64,000 nucleotides of DNA from Terriglobia bacterium (lineage in GTDB: Bacteria > Acidobacteriota > Polarisedimenticolia > Polarisedimenticolales > JAIQFR01), in the NCBI GenBank assembly GCA_963748015.1, contig CAVVHE010000004.1, forward strand, positions 2,144,001 through 2,208,000, in the 5' to 3' direction. The notes under the pieces are model-generated. The model worked only from the letters and a program-made list of their open reading frames with translations. It was not told the DNA's origin and ran no database searches. The position numbers and the translations under genes were made by a program. Below are positions 10,408 to 20,234 of this stretch, in pieces. Each line of letters starts with the position of its first letter. The stretch's first letter is position 1.

Positions 10408-10887
10408 TCAGCGCCCCTTGGCGCGTCCGAGCTCGGCCTCCATGGCGCGTGCGAGCATCTTCCAGAGGGCCGCGTCTTCCTTTCTTTCCTCGGCGACGAG
10501 CGCCGCGAGCCGCCTCGGCGACGTCGGCCCCGCCTTTCGGATCTCGCGCCCGGTGAAGCGGAGACGCGAGGAGTTCCTGCCCTCCGGCGTGATCTCGTAC
10601 AGGAACTGCGAGTGCCGGTTCGGGCCCGAGATGTGGGTGTTGATCCAGGTGAGGCGCTCGGGATAGAGCCGGATGTGCCGTTTCTTGGTCACCCGTCCCC
10701 CTCCTTCCTTCTCGATCGCGTCGGTGAGGACGAGCGTGTTCTCGCAAATGCGGTCGATCCTGCGCCGGCCCCGCCGTCCCATCAGCGCGTGATCGTCCGG
10801 ACGGTAGTCCGTCGCCCACGCGTAAGCCGCCTTGGCGGGCACCTTGAAGCGCTGGATGAGCTCGAAGTTCACGGAGATCAGGGGCAT
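10408..10887 (-). CDS. hypothetical protein, possibly START/SRPBCC-like
   Basis: MPLISVNFELIQRF..AYAWATDY.. ending WKMLARAMEAEL; GGGGA RBS before ATG 10887. Confidence 0.6.
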   Translation of the reverse strand: MPLISVNFELIQRFKVPAKAAYAWATDYRPDDHALMGRRGRRRIDRICENTLVLTDAIEKEGGGRVTKKRHIRLYPERLTWINTHISGPNRHSQFLYEITPEGRNSSRLRFTGREIRKAGPTSPRRLAALVAEERKEDAALWKMLARAMEAELGRAKGR

Positions 10888-11074
10888 GTCGTGTTCCCCT
10901 CGCGGGCCGCGCCTCCCGCCGCCGCGCCCGGCGCGGCAAGCGGCGCCTCTTCCCGGCCCACGGGTCGAGGCTCGGTCGCGAAGAGCATAGCCGGGGACGC
11001 GCTCGGACGCGACGGCTCCGTCGGTTATGCTGTGGCCGGCATCGCGCCGCATCGCGCGAGCAGGGAGGTCCCCG

Positions 11075-11746
11075 ATGGCCAAGCCGCGTTCCCGGCCTCC
11101 GCGTTTCCCGGTACTCCTCGGCGCGATCCTCGGCTCGCTCCTGGCCCTCGCCCCCGCCGCGTCGCAGCCCCGCGAGGCAAGCGCGGATCTCGACACCCGG
11201 GTGCGGTCGTTCCTCGAGTCCCACGCCGGCGACTGGCACGACATGAACGTGCCCGAAAGCGACGGGAAGCTGCTCTACGACCTCGTCGTCAAGAACGGCT
11301 ACCGTAGCGCTCTCGAGATCGGCACCTCCACCGGGCGCTCCTCGATCTGGATCGCCTGGGCCTTGAGCAAGACGGGCGGGAAGCTCGTCACCATCGAGAT
11401 CGACGCGTCGCGGCACAAGAAGGCGCTCGAGAACATCCGGGACGTCGGGCTGTCGGAATACATCGACGCGCGGCTCGCCGACGCGCACGACCTCGTCCTC
11501 GAGCTTCCCGGACCTTTCGACTTCGTCTTCAACGACGCGGACAAGGACTGGTACAAGAACTACTTCGTCGCCGTGTCGCCGAAGCTGAAGCCGGGCGGTT
11601 GCTTCGTGGCCCACAACGCCTCGATGCGGGACCGGGGGATCCGCGAGTTCCTGGAGTACGTGAAAGGGCTTCCGGGCTTCAAGACGACGATCGACACGTC
11701 GAGCCGGTCCGGCGTGTCCATCAGCTGCAGGCAGCCCGCGGACTGA
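11075..11746 (+). CDS. SAM-dependent O-methyltransferase with N-terminal signal peptide
   Basis: ALEIGTSTG, TIEID, FDFVFNDADK, LKPGG..VAHN; GGGAGG RBS. Confidence 0.9.
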   Translation: MAKPRSRPPRFPVLLGAILGSLLALAPAASQPREASADLDTRVRSFLESHAGDWHDMNVPESDGKLLYDLVVKNGYRSALEIGTSTGRSSIWIAWALSKTGGKLVTIEIDASRHKKALENIRDVGLSEYIDARLADAHDLVLELPGPFDFVFNDADKDWYKNYFVAVSPKLKPGGCFVAHNASMRDRGIREFLEYVKGLPGFKTTIDTSSRSGVSISCRQPAD

Positions 11747-11786
11747 CCCCTCCGGGCGGCTCGCCGCGACGCGAGCGGGAGGAATC

Positions 11787-12137
11787 GTGGAGCGACTGAG
11801 AGCGGTACCCGCGGTGCTCGCGATGCTCGTCCTGGGAGCGCACTACTTCCGCGGCGCGAGCTACCTGGCGACCGCCGCTTGCCTCTTGGCACCGGTCCTG
11901 TTCTTCCTCCGCCGGCCCTGGTCGGTCGTCGCGTCGCGAGCCGTCCTCCTGGCGGCGTGCGTCGTCTGGATCGTGACCGCGATGCGCCTGGCGGGGGCGC
12001 GGAGGGCTTTCGGGGAGCCTTACCTGCGCATGGTCTTGATCCTCGCGGGCGTCGCCGCCTTCACGGCGGCCGCCGCGCTTCTGCTTCCCGAAGCGAAACG
12101 CCGCGGAGACGCCGCGCCACCGGGAGGGCTGCCGTGA
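11787..12137 (+). CDS. small 4-TM membrane protein
   Basis: Hydrophobic 116 aa ORF with LGAHYFR; GGAGG RBS; GTGA overlap with next gene. Confidence 0.7.
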   Translation: MERLRAVPAVLAMLVLGAHYFRGASYLATAACLLAPVLFFLRRPWSVVASRAVLLAACVVWIVTAMRLAGARRAFGEPYLRMVLILAGVAAFTAAAALLLPEAKRRGDAAPPGGLP

Positions 12138-13087
12138 GAATCGCACCGTTCCTCACCGTCACGCTCGTCGCGGTCGCCGCGAGCACCGCCCTCGCCGCGC
12201 CGCCCCACCCCTCGACCTTCTCGATCGTCGCCGCCGATCCCGAGGCGGGCGAGGCCGGCGTCGCCGTCGCGAGCCGCTTCTTCGCGGTCGGCACGGTGGT
12301 CCCCTTCGCGAAAGCCGGGGTCGGTGCCGTCGCCACGCAGTCGAACGCGAACACGACGTTCGGTCCACGCGGGCTCGAGCTCCTCGAGAAGGGGCTCCGT
12401 CCCGACGAGGTCGTGGCCGTGCTGACGCGCGCCGACGAGGGGCGGGAGCAGCGCCAGCTCGGCGTCGTCGCGGCCGGCGGCGCGTCGGCGACCTACACCG
12501 GCCCCAAGTGCAACGCGTGGGCCGGGGGGCGAAGCGGGCCCGGTTACGCCGTCCAGGGGAACATCCTCACCGGCGAGGACGTCGTCGCGGCGATGGAGAA
12601 GGCGTTCCTCGGGAGCAAGGGGAAGCCGCTCGCCGAGCGCCTCTACGCGGCCATCGTCGCCGGCGACGCCGCCGGAGGCGACAGCCGCGGGCGACAGTCG
12701 GCGGCCCTCGTCGTCGTGCGCGCCAAGGGGGGCTACAACGGGTTCACCGACCGGGCCGTGGATCTTCGGGTGGACGACCACGCATCGCCCATCGTGGAGC
12801 TCGGCCGCCTCCTCGGCCTCGCCCTGGTCAACGACCACTGGAACCGCGGCTGGACGGCCTTCACCGAGAAGCGGTTCGCGGACGCCCTCCCCTGGCAGGA
12901 GCGCGCCGCGGCGGCCGCCGAGAAGCAGCCCGGCATGCTCCCCGAGGTGCTCTACGATCTCGCGGTGATCCGGCTCGCCGCCGGCGACAAGGAAGGCGCC
13001 AAGAAAGCCCTCGAGCGAGCGCTCGAGCTCAACCCGAAGCTGAAGCAGCAGGCCGCGAAGGACCCCGACCTCGAAAAGCTGCGGTAG
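12134..13087 (+). CDS. DUF1028 Ntn-hydrolase family protein with C-terminal TPR, secreted
   Basis: Signal peptide then STFSIVA; GAVATQS, VQGNIL, GGDSRGRQSAAL, DLRVDDH. Confidence 0.9.
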   Translation: MRIAPFLTVTLVAVAASTALAAPPHPSTFSIVAADPEAGEAGVAVASRFFAVGTVVPFAKAGVGAVATQSNANTTFGPRGLELLEKGLRPDEVVAVLTRADEGREQRQLGVVAAGGASATYTGPKCNAWAGGRSGPGYAVQGNILTGEDVVAAMEKAFLGSKGKPLAERLYAAIVAGDAAGGDSRGRQSAALVVVRAKGGYNGFTDRAVDLRVDDHASPIVELGRLLGLALVNDHWNRGWTAFTEKRFADALPWQERAAAAAEKQPGMLPEVLYDLAVIRLAAGDKEGAKKALERALELNPKLKQQAAKDPDLEKLR

Positions 13088-13166
13088 GCTGTGAGAACGC
13101 GGCCGGTTTCGAGCCGCGGGGCGGCGCGACCACGGTGACGAGAACCGGAGCGCGCGAGGAGGCGAC

Positions 13167-13661
13167 ATGAGAAGCGGAAGGCTGGCGAGCATCGCGATCG
13201 TGGGCATCGCGGCACTTTTCTTCGGGACGATACTGGCGGGCGAGGCGCCGGCGCAGGGCAAGGCCGCGACGCTCGAGCCGCTCCTCAAGGCGGCCGACAT
13301 CGAGAAGCTGGGCCTCAAGGGCGTGGCCCTGGCCCCGCCGGACGCCTACGACCGGGTCGAGCAGCTCGGCTTCGAGCTCGCGTCCGACTCGACGATGGTC
13401 GTGATCCTGTCGAAGATCGGCGGCGACGGATCGGGCGGGACGCTCAAGCCCGTGGTCGAGATGCTGGCCAAGGATCCCGTCGCCGTGAGCGGCGTGGGCG
13501 ACGAGGCCTACTCGTTCCTCGGCGGCGTGGCGTTCGCCTTCCGCAAGGGCAAGGCCACCTACCAGATGATGAGCGGCCTCGACCTCGCGAACGGCGCGAA
13601 GCCGTTCCTGACGAAGGACCAGCTCGCCGCGTTGGCGAAGGTCGTCTGCAGCCGGCTCTAG
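13167..13661 (+). CDS. hypothetical secreted protein
   Basis: GGAGG RBS; signal peptide; VSGVGDEAY motif. Confidence 0.7.
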   Translation: MRSGRLASIAIVGIAALFFGTILAGEAPAQGKAATLEPLLKAADIEKLGLKGVALAPPDAYDRVEQLGFELASDSTMVVILSKIGGDGSGGTLKPVVEMLAKDPVAVSGVGDEAYSFLGGVAFAFRKGKATYQMMSGLDLANGAKPFLTKDQLAALAKVVCSRL

Positions 13662-13682
13662 GTAGGTATGGGACGCCCCGCT

Positions 13683-14387
13683 CTAGCCCGCTAGCATCTC
13701 GCCGAGCCAGATGTCGTGGAGGGCGTGCCGCACGAGCGAGTGCAGGTGCAGCAGGCCGCGGTCCGCGAGCGAGACGTAAGGCTGCACGCCGCACGCCATG
13801 ACCGCCGCGGAGATCTCGGGGTCGTCGTCGTCGTCGACCACGAAGCAGCGCGTCGCCGGGTTCGCCGCGGCGAAACCGGCGAGCGCGTCCCAGAACGCCG
13901 GGTCCTTGTGGCAGGAGACCGACGCGAGGAGGATCTCCGGCGCGCGCGCGGGCAGCGCGTTCGAATACGGCTCGAGGCGCGCCCACTCGTCCGAGAGGAG
14001 GTACCGGAGGTACGGGTGGTCCGCCGCCACGCTGGGCCGGTGAAGCGCCTTCGAGACGACGGCAGGCACCGGCCGGATCCTCGGGTCGAACACGAAGTCC
14101 GCTCCGGCCGCGAGGGCCTGCTCCTTCTCGGTCAGGAACGCGCCCGCGAAGAGCAGGCGTCCCCGGAACCCCTCCCGCCGGAGCGCGGCCACCGCCGCGA
14201 TGCGGCGGTCGTGCTCGGTGATCGGCCCCGGCAGGATCACCGCCACGGAGAATCCCCCGTCGCGCGCGCGCGATGCGAGGCCGGCAGCGCCTTGGACGGC
14301 GATGGGCTCGAGCGCGCCTGCGTGGAGCGCGGCGCCGACCCCGTCGAGGTCCTTCCCCTCTCCGTAGAGCAGGATCCTGTCGGCCAC
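13683..14387 (-). CDS. hypothetical protein with two degenerate receiver-like domains
   Basis: GTG start 2 nt after the ferritin-like gene stop; RILLYG...ALAAGADFVF and ...VMACGVQPYV resemble CheY-fold ends. Confidence 0.6.
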   Translation of the reverse strand: MADRILLYGEGKDLDGVGAALHAGALEPIAVQGAAGLASRARDGGFSVAVILPGPITEHDRRIAAVAALRREGFRGRLLFAGAFLTEKEQALAAGADFVFDPRIRPVPAVVSKALHRPSVAADHPYLRYLLSDEWARLEPYSNALPARAPEILLASVSCHKDPAFWDALAGFAAANPATRCFVVDDDDDPEISAAVMACGVQPYVSLADRGLLHLHSLVRHALHDIWLGEMLAG

Positions 14388-14389
14388 GA

Positions 14390-14617
14390 TCAGTTCTCCC
14401 GCGCGAGGAACCGGTCGTGCTCCCGCTGCAGCAGGTCGTGGTGGCGCTGCTCCTCCGCGGCGAGGAACTCGAACAACTTGCGGACGCCGGGGTCCTTCAC
14501 GGTGGCGGCGCACTTCCGGTAGAACTCGTGCGCGCGCTGCTCGCGCTCCATCGCCAACTTCACCGCCGCCTCGGGGGTGAGGTTCTCGTCCACGTTCACG
14601 TCGCCGGGTTGGCTCAT
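14390..14617 (-). CDS. small ferritin/rubrerythrin-like protein (75 aa, half four-helix bundle)
   Basis: AMEREQRAHEFY...LFEFLAAEEQRH diiron-type motifs; GAGGAGG RBS. Confidence 0.85.
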   Translation of the reverse strand: MSQPGDVNVDENLTPEAAVKLAMEREQRAHEFYRKCAATVKDPGVRKLFEFLAAEEQRHHDLLQREHDRFLAREN

Positions 14618-14762
14618 CGGATCCTCCTCGCGCGGATTGTAGACCGCTGCGATCCCACGGCGTCCTCCTCCGGCGGGCCGGGCTCGGGTCGCCGGGGATG
14701 CGTCGCTTCCCCAGGGCGCAGGAGTATAGACGAGCCTGGCCCCTAGGCGACGAGGCGCCCGC

Positions 14763-14791
14763 TTGACTTCCCGGAGATACGAGACGATAAT
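14763..14791 (+). promoter_or_regulatory. putative sigma70 promoter for the kinase gene
   Basis: TTGACT-N17-GATAAT, about 50 nt upstream of ATG 14843. Confidence 0.45.
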
Positions 14792-14842
14792 TGTCTTGTT
14801 TTGATTGCCGCACGGCCCGGATTCGGCGATGCGCAGGGGTAG

Positions 14843-17506
14843 ATGACGCTCGCAACTGGAACACGCCTCGGCCCCTACGAGATCCTCGGCCAGCTCGGCG
14901 CGGGTGGGATGGGCGAGGTCTGGCGCGCGAGGGATGCCGCGCTCGACCGCGAGATAGCGATCAAGATCCTCCCGGCGTCGGTCGCGGGACAACCCGAGCG
15001 GCTCGCGCGGTTCGATCGGGAGGCGAGGGTGCTCGCCTCCCTGAACCATCCGAACATCGCCGGCATCTACGGCTTCCACGAGAGCCCCCCCTCGACGGGC
15101 TCGGGGCAGGCGGTTCGGTTCCTCGCGATGGAGCTGGTGCCGGGCGAGGACCTGTCCGACCGGATCGCGCGCGGGGCGCTCCCCGTGGAGGAGGCGATCG
15201 AGATCGCGCGCCAGGTCGCCGAGGCGCTCGAGACGGCGCACGAGCAGGGGATCGTCCACCGCGACCTCAAGCCCGCGAACGTCCGCGTCACGCCGGGGGG
15301 CCAGGTCAAGGTTCTCGATTTCGGCCTGGCGAAGGCACTCGATCCCGGCGCCGCCATGGCCGGTGACGACATCGCGATGTCGCCGACGATCACCTCCCTC
15401 GGAACCGTCGCGGGTGTGCTCCTCGGCACCGCGGCCTACATGAGCCCCGAGCAGGCCCGGGGGAAGCCCGCCGACCGGCGCGCGGACATCTGGGCGTTCG
15501 GCGTCATCCTCTTCGAGATGCTCACGGGCTCGCGCCTCTTCGCCGGCGAGACCGTCTCCGACACGCTCGCGGCGATCCTCAAGACCGATCTCGACTTCGG
15601 CGCGCTCCCCCCGGTCACGCCGCCCGCGGTCCGAAACCTCGTCAGGCGCTGCCTCGAGCGGGACCCCCGCCAGCGACTCCGGGACATCGGGGAGGCGAGG
15701 GTGCTCCTCTCGGGAGGACTCGAGGCCGGGGCGCCGCCCGCGCGGCCCACCGCGCGCTCCCGCGCCTCGCTCGCGTGGGGTCTCTTCGCGATCGCGGCCG
15801 TCGCGGCGGCGGCGCTCGGCGCTGCCTTCTGGCTTCGCCCCGCCGCGCCGGCGCGCGGGGCCAAGCTCCACGTACGGAAGTTCACCATCGAGACGGCGGT
15901 CGTCCCCGCGGACAACACGCGATCCGTCGAGATCTCTCCCGATGGAACGCGCCTCGTGTTCGAGTCGGATCGCGGGATCGAGCTCCGCGACATGGGCGAG
16001 ACTTCCCCGCACCTGCTCGTCCCCGCCGCGGACCTCCCCGCCCGCCAGAAGAAGGCGACGCCGTTCTGGTCGCGCGACGGCGCGACGATCGGCTACGCGT
16101 CGGGCGGCAGCCTGTGGAAGATCCCCGCGACCGGAGGCTCGCCGACGGTCGTCTGCAAGCTGCCGGGCGATTGGAACGGCGGCGTCTGGCTTTCCGATGA
16201 CCGCATCGCCTTCGCGACGACGCGGGGACCGATGTATCGCGTGGCTGCCCGCGGCGGCGACCCGGAGATTCTGCTGCCCCTCGCGGAGAAGGGAGAGCTC
16301 GATTTCCACCAGCCGAGCGTTCTTCCCGACGGGGAGAGCCTCCTTTACACGGTTCACCGCAACGCCGGCGTGGACACGATCGAGATGCTCCGCGGCGGGA
16401 AGAGAACGGTCGTGCTTCGCGTCGATCCCGGTCGCGCCAACGTCCAGGACAGCCCGCACGTCGTCAACGTTCCGTACTACTCTCCCAGCGGCCACGTCCT
16501 TTACCAGCGGCACCTGGGCAATCCTGGGCTCTGGGCGGTGCCGTTCTCGGTCCAGAAGGGAGCGACGACGGGAGAGCCGTTCCTCGTCGCGGCGGGCATG
16601 GGTTTCCCCTCGGTCGCAGTCGACGGAACGGTCGTCTGCGCGGGGCTTCCCCGGGCGGGTGCCGGCCAGCTGATCCTGGTTGGGAGGGACGGTGCGATCG
16701 AGCGCGCGCTCGGCGAGCCGATGCCCGAGCTCGGATCGCCGAGCTTCTCTCCCGACGGCCGGCGGCTTCTGTTTGCCGCCGCCGAACAGCAGTCACGCGA
16801 TCTGTACCTGTGGGACATCGACGAGGGACGGAAGACCCGGCTGACCACGACGCCGGAGCCGGAGGACGATCCGGTCTGGATTCCCGGCGGCGACCGGATC
16901 GCGTTCAGCGCTCCCGCGGAAACCTGCCGCTCGGTGTTCGCCATGAACGCCGACGGAACCGGCGCGCGCGAGCTGCTCGCGAAGTCGGCCACGTCCGCGT
17001 GCTTCCATCCCGGCGGCAAGGAGTTCGTCTACGAGACGTTTTGCGAGGATCGGCGCGGCCTCAACCGAATGGTCGTCGGATCGGGCGCCCCGGTTCCCCT
17101 CGTGGACGCCCCGGCGGGAATCGACTCCCCGGCCCTCTCGCCGGACGGGCGGTACCTCGCGTATCGCAACTGGGAGGGAGGGAACCCGCAGATCTACGTC
17201 TCGCGCTATCCGAGCATGGACGGCCGCTGGTTCGTCGCGACGACGTATTCGCCGCCGCGCTGGGCCTCGGGAGGGTCGGAGATCCTCTGCGTCGATGGCC
17301 AGTCCGGGCGCATGATCTCGGTTCCCGTCCGGCTGGATCCCGTCTTCTCGACCGGGACGCCGCGCCCGCTGTTCGACGCCGCCGCGCTCGCCGAGCCGTC
17401 GGCGCGGTTCGACGTTTCTCCGGACGGCAAGCGATTCGTGCTCGTCCGGGAGAAAGAGGGAGATCACCCCGAGCGGCGCATCCTCGTCATCGAAAACGCG
17501 TTTTGA
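14843..17506 (+). CDS. Hanks-type Ser/Thr protein kinase with TM helix and extracytoplasmic PD40/TolB-like repeats
   Basis: LGAGGMGEV, IAIK, HRDLKPAN, DFG, YMSPE; SPDG repeats. Confidence 0.95.
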   Translation: MTLATGTRLGPYEILGQLGAGGMGEVWRARDAALDREIAIKILPASVAGQPERLARFDREARVLASLNHPNIAGIYGFHESPPSTGSGQAVRFLAMELVPGEDLSDRIARGALPVEEAIEIARQVAEALETAHEQGIVHRDLKPANVRVTPGGQVKVLDFGLAKALDPGAAMAGDDIAMSPTITSLGTVAGVLLGTAAYMSPEQARGKPADRRADIWAFGVILFEMLTGSRLFAGETVSDTLAAILKTDLDFGALPPVTPPAVRNLVRRCLERDPRQRLRDIGEARVLLSGGLEAGAPPARPTARSRASLAWGLFAIAAVAAAALGAAFWLRPAAPARGAKLHVRKFTIETAVVPADNTRSVEISPDGTRLVFESDRGIELRDMGETSPHLLVPAADLPARQKKATPFWSRDGATIGYASGGSLWKIPATGGSPTVVCKLPGDWNGGVWLSDDRIAFATTRGPMYRVAARGGDPEILLPLAEKGELDFHQPSVLPDGESLLYTVHRNAGVDTIEMLRGGKRTVVLRVDPGRANVQDSPHVVNVPYYSPSGHVLYQRHLGNPGLWAVPFSVQKGATTGEPFLVAAGMGFPSVAVDGTVVCAGLPRAGAGQLILVGRDGAIERALGEPMPELGSPSFSPDGRRLLFAAAEQQSRDLYLWDIDEGRKTRLTTTPEPEDDPVWIPGGDRIAFSAPAETCRSVFAMNADGTGARELLAKSATSACFHPGGKEFVYETFCEDRRGLNRMVVGSGAPVPLVDAPAGIDSPALSPDGRYLAYRNWEGGNPQIYVSRYPSMDGRWFVATTYSPPRWASGGSEILCVDGQSGRMISVPVRLDPVFSTGTPRPLFDAAALAEPSARFDVSPDGKRFVLVREKEGDHPERRILVIENAF

Positions 17507-17521
17507 TCCCGCCCCCCGCGC

Positions 17522-18352
17522 CTAAGCGCGCACGGCCCGGTAGGTGACCGACCGGACCTTCCCCGCGAGATCGCCGATATTCAGTCCGGTCTCCCCCATC
17601 TTGCGCAGCAGGTCGTCGGGGAGCGCGTCCTCGCCGAGCGCGGCGATGTAGTCCACGTCCTTGAGGAGCTCCGCGGGGGCGAAGCCGGCCGCCTCGATCG
17701 CAGCGAAGTACGGCTCGCGGCGCATCGCGCCCGCGATGCAGCCGACGTACGCCTCGACGTCCTCGCGGACGACCGCCGGGAGATCGCCGTCGAGGATGAT
17801 GTCCGAGACGACCATCCTCCCTCCCCGGCGGAGCACGCGCGCCGCTTCGCGGAAGACCTCCGACTTGTCCGGAGCGAGGTTGATGACGCAGTTGCTCGTC
17901 ACGGCGTCGGCGCTGGCCGTCTCGACCGGGAGCGCCTCGAGCCGCCCCTCCCGGAACTCGACCCACGGCAGCCCCGCCTTGACGGCGTTCGCCCGGGCGC
18001 GCTCCAGCATCGCGGGGGTCATGTCGACGCCGATCACCTTCCCGCCCGGCCCGACCTCTCGCGCCGCGAGGAAGGCGTCGAAGCCGGCGCCGGACCCGAG
18101 GTCCACGACCGTTTCCCCCGCCCGCAGCCCGAGGAAGCCGACCGGCGCGCCGCACCCGAGGCCCAGGTTCGCGCCGTCGGGCGCGAGCGAGAGCGCCCCC
18201 TCGTCGTAGCCTATGCGCCTCGCGACGTCATCCGGCGTCGCGCCTTCCGCGGTCGTCCCGCAGGAGCAGCCGCAGTCGCCAAGCTCGGCGATTCGCGCGT
18301 ACCGCTCGCGGACCTTCACGACGATTTCTTCCTTGGCTTCCTTGTCTTCCAT
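17522..18352 (-). CDS. arsM: arsenite S-adenosylmethyltransferase
   Basis: ANLGLGCGAP, VVDLGSGAGFD, SNCVINLAPDK, GCIAGA conserved Cys motifs; ars context. Confidence 0.92.
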   Translation of the reverse strand: MEDKEAKEEIVVKVRERYARIAELGDCGCSCGTTAEGATPDDVARRIGYDEGALSLAPDGANLGLGCGAPVGFLGLRAGETVVDLGSGAGFDAFLAAREVGPGGKVIGVDMTPAMLERARANAVKAGLPWVEFREGRLEALPVETASADAVTSNCVINLAPDKSEVFREAARVLRRGGRMVVSDIILDGDLPAVVREDVEAYVGCIAGAMRREPYFAAIEAAGFAPAELLKDVDYIAALGEDALPDDLLRKMGETGLNIGDLAGKVRSVTYRAVRA

Positions 18353-18416
18353 GGCGTTTCCTTTCTCTCCGAAGGACCTGTGATCCCGCAGGCCACGCAC
18401 GGCTCGCGGCTCCGTT

Positions 18417-18680
18417 TCAGCCTCGAACCTCCCTTGGCGGCGGCGGTCGTCGAGCCACGAAGCCACTTCGGCCTCGCTCGGGAACTCGCCCCGAGCAGAC
18501 CACCTTCTCGTCGATCACGAGGCCGGGCGTGGCCAGGATCGCGTACTTCGCGATCTCCTTGAAGTCCGTAACCTTCTCCACCGTGGCCTCGACGCCCAGC
18601 GCCGAGACGGTCTTCGACGCGATCTTCTCGAGGTTCCGGCAGTTGGGACAACCTGGACCCAGGACCTTGATCTTCATCAT
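18417..18680 (-). CDS. small redox-active disulfide protein (thioredoxin family, ArsE-like); C-terminus apparently scrambled by indels
   Basis: [13 protein letters not shown]...VEKVTD...TPGLVIDEKVVCSGRVP. Confidence 0.88.
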   Translation of the reverse strand: MMKIKVLGPGCPNCRNLEKIASKTVSALGVEATVEKVTDFKEIAKYAILATPGLVIDEKVVCSGRVPERGRSGFVARRPPPPREVRG

Positions 18681-19105
18681 GTCCGCTCCTCTCCTTCGGG
18701 AACGCGCTCGCCGAGAAATGACGCGATGCGGCGGCGCAGCTCGTCGCGGATCTCCCGGAACGCCGCCAGTCGCCGCTCGTCCGAGCCAAGGACGGCCGCG
18801 GGGTCGGACAAGCCCCAGTGGATTCGCCTCGCGCTGCCGAGGTATACGGGGCAGACCTCCTCGGCGCACAACGTGATCACCGTGTCGACCTCGGAGGCGG
18901 GGACCTCGGCGACCGCCTTGGAGCGGTGGCTCGAGATGTCGACTCCGATCTCCCGCAGCACGGCGATTGCCTCGGGCCTGACGCGAGTCGGGCTCGACCC
19001 GGCGGACCAGATCCGAAGGCCCGCGGGCGCCATGGACCTCGCGATCCCCTCCGCCATCTGGCTCCGTGCCGAGTTCGCGACGCACAGGAACAGGATGCCC
19101 TTCAT
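18677..19105 (-). CDS. arsC: arsenate reductase, LMW-PTP (thioredoxin-coupled) type
   Basis: [18 protein letters not shown]-loop, [26 protein letters not shown]. Confidence 0.92.
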   Translation of the reverse strand: MKGILFLCVANSARSQMAEGIARSMAPAGLRIWSAGSSPTRVRPEAIAVLREIGVDISSHRSKAVAEVPASEVDTVITLCAEEVCPVYLGSARRIHWGLSDPAAVLGSDERRLAAFREIRDELRRRIASFLGERVPEGEERT

Positions 19106-20205
19106 ATCATCGCGCCTCCGGTGGCTATCGCCGGGTCCTTCGGGTAGTAGCGGCGCCCCAGCCGGAGCGCGACGTTGACGAGGCCGATCAGCACCGGCAC
19201 CTCGACGAGCGGCCCGATGACCGCGGCGAACGCCGCGCCGTGATCGATGCCGAACGTCGCGATCGCCACGGCGATCGCCAGCTCGAAGTTGTTCGAGGCG
19301 GCGGTGAAGCACAGGGTCGCCGTCTGGCCGTACGTCGCCCCGACCTTCCTGCTCATCAAGAACGAGACGAAGAACATGAGCACGAAGTAGACGAGCAGCG
19401 GGATCGCGATCCGCACCACGTCGAGCGGGAGCTGCACGATGTACTCGCCCTTGAGCGAGAACATCACCACGATGGTGAAGAGCAGCGCGACAAGGGTGAT
19501 CGGGCTGATCTTCGGGATGAACTTCTCGTGGTACCACTTCTTGTCCTTCACCCGGAGGAGCGTGAATCGCGTGATCACCCCGGCGAGGAACGGGATGCCG
19601 AGGTAGATGAAGACGCTCTTGGCGATCTCCCCGATCGTGACGTGGACCGCCACCCCCTCGAGGCCGAACCAGGTGGGGAGGACCGTGATGAAGAGGTAGG
19701 CGTAGACCGAATAGAAGAGGACCTGGAAGATCGAGTTGAACGCCACGAGCCCCGCGCAGTACTCGGTGTCGCCTCTGGCCAGGTCGTTCCAGACGATGAC
19801 CATCGCGATGCAGCGGGCCAGCCCGATCATGATCAGCCCCACCATGTACTCGGGCTTGTCGCGAAGGAACAGCACGGCCAGCGCGAACATCAGGATCGGG
19901 CCGACGATCCAGTTCTGGACGAGGGAGAGCGCGAGCACCTTGAGGTTCCGGAAGACCGGCCCCATCTCCTCGTACCGGACCTTGGCCAGCGGCGGGTACA
20001 TCATCAGGATGAGCCCGATGGCGATCGGGATCGAGGTGGTGCCGACGCTGAACCGGTTCAGGAAGGGCACGATCCCCGGAACCGCGTACCCCGCGCCGAC
20101 GCCGATCGCCATGGCGACGAAGATCCAGACGGTCAGATACCGGTCGAGGAACGAGAGACGGCGGGTCACGCCGCCGGCCGCCGAAGCTCGAGTCCCGTCG
20201 GTCAT
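19102..20205 (-). CDS. acr3: ACR3 family arsenite efflux transporter
   Basis: [52 protein letters not shown]. Confidence 0.97.
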   Translation of the reverse strand: MTDGTRASAAGGVTRRLSFLDRYLTVWIFVAMAIGVGAGYAVPGIVPFLNRFSVGTTSIPIAIGLILMMYPPLAKVRYEEMGPVFRNLKVLALSLVQNWIVGPILMFALAVLFLRDKPEYMVGLIMIGLARCIAMVIVWNDLARGDTEYCAGLVAFNSIFQVLFYSVYAYLFITVLPTWFGLEGVAVHVTIGEIAKSVFIYLGIPFLAGVITRFTLLRVKDKKWYHEKFIPKISPITLVALLFTIVVMFSLKGEYIVQLPLDVVRIAIPLLVYFVLMFFVSFLMSRKVGATYGQTATLCFTAASNNFELAIAVAIATFGIDHGAAFAAVIGPLVEVPVLIGLVNVALRLGRRYYPKDPAIATGGAMI

Positions 20206-20234
20206 CGAGTGCCTCCCCAGGAGCCGTCAGTGGC

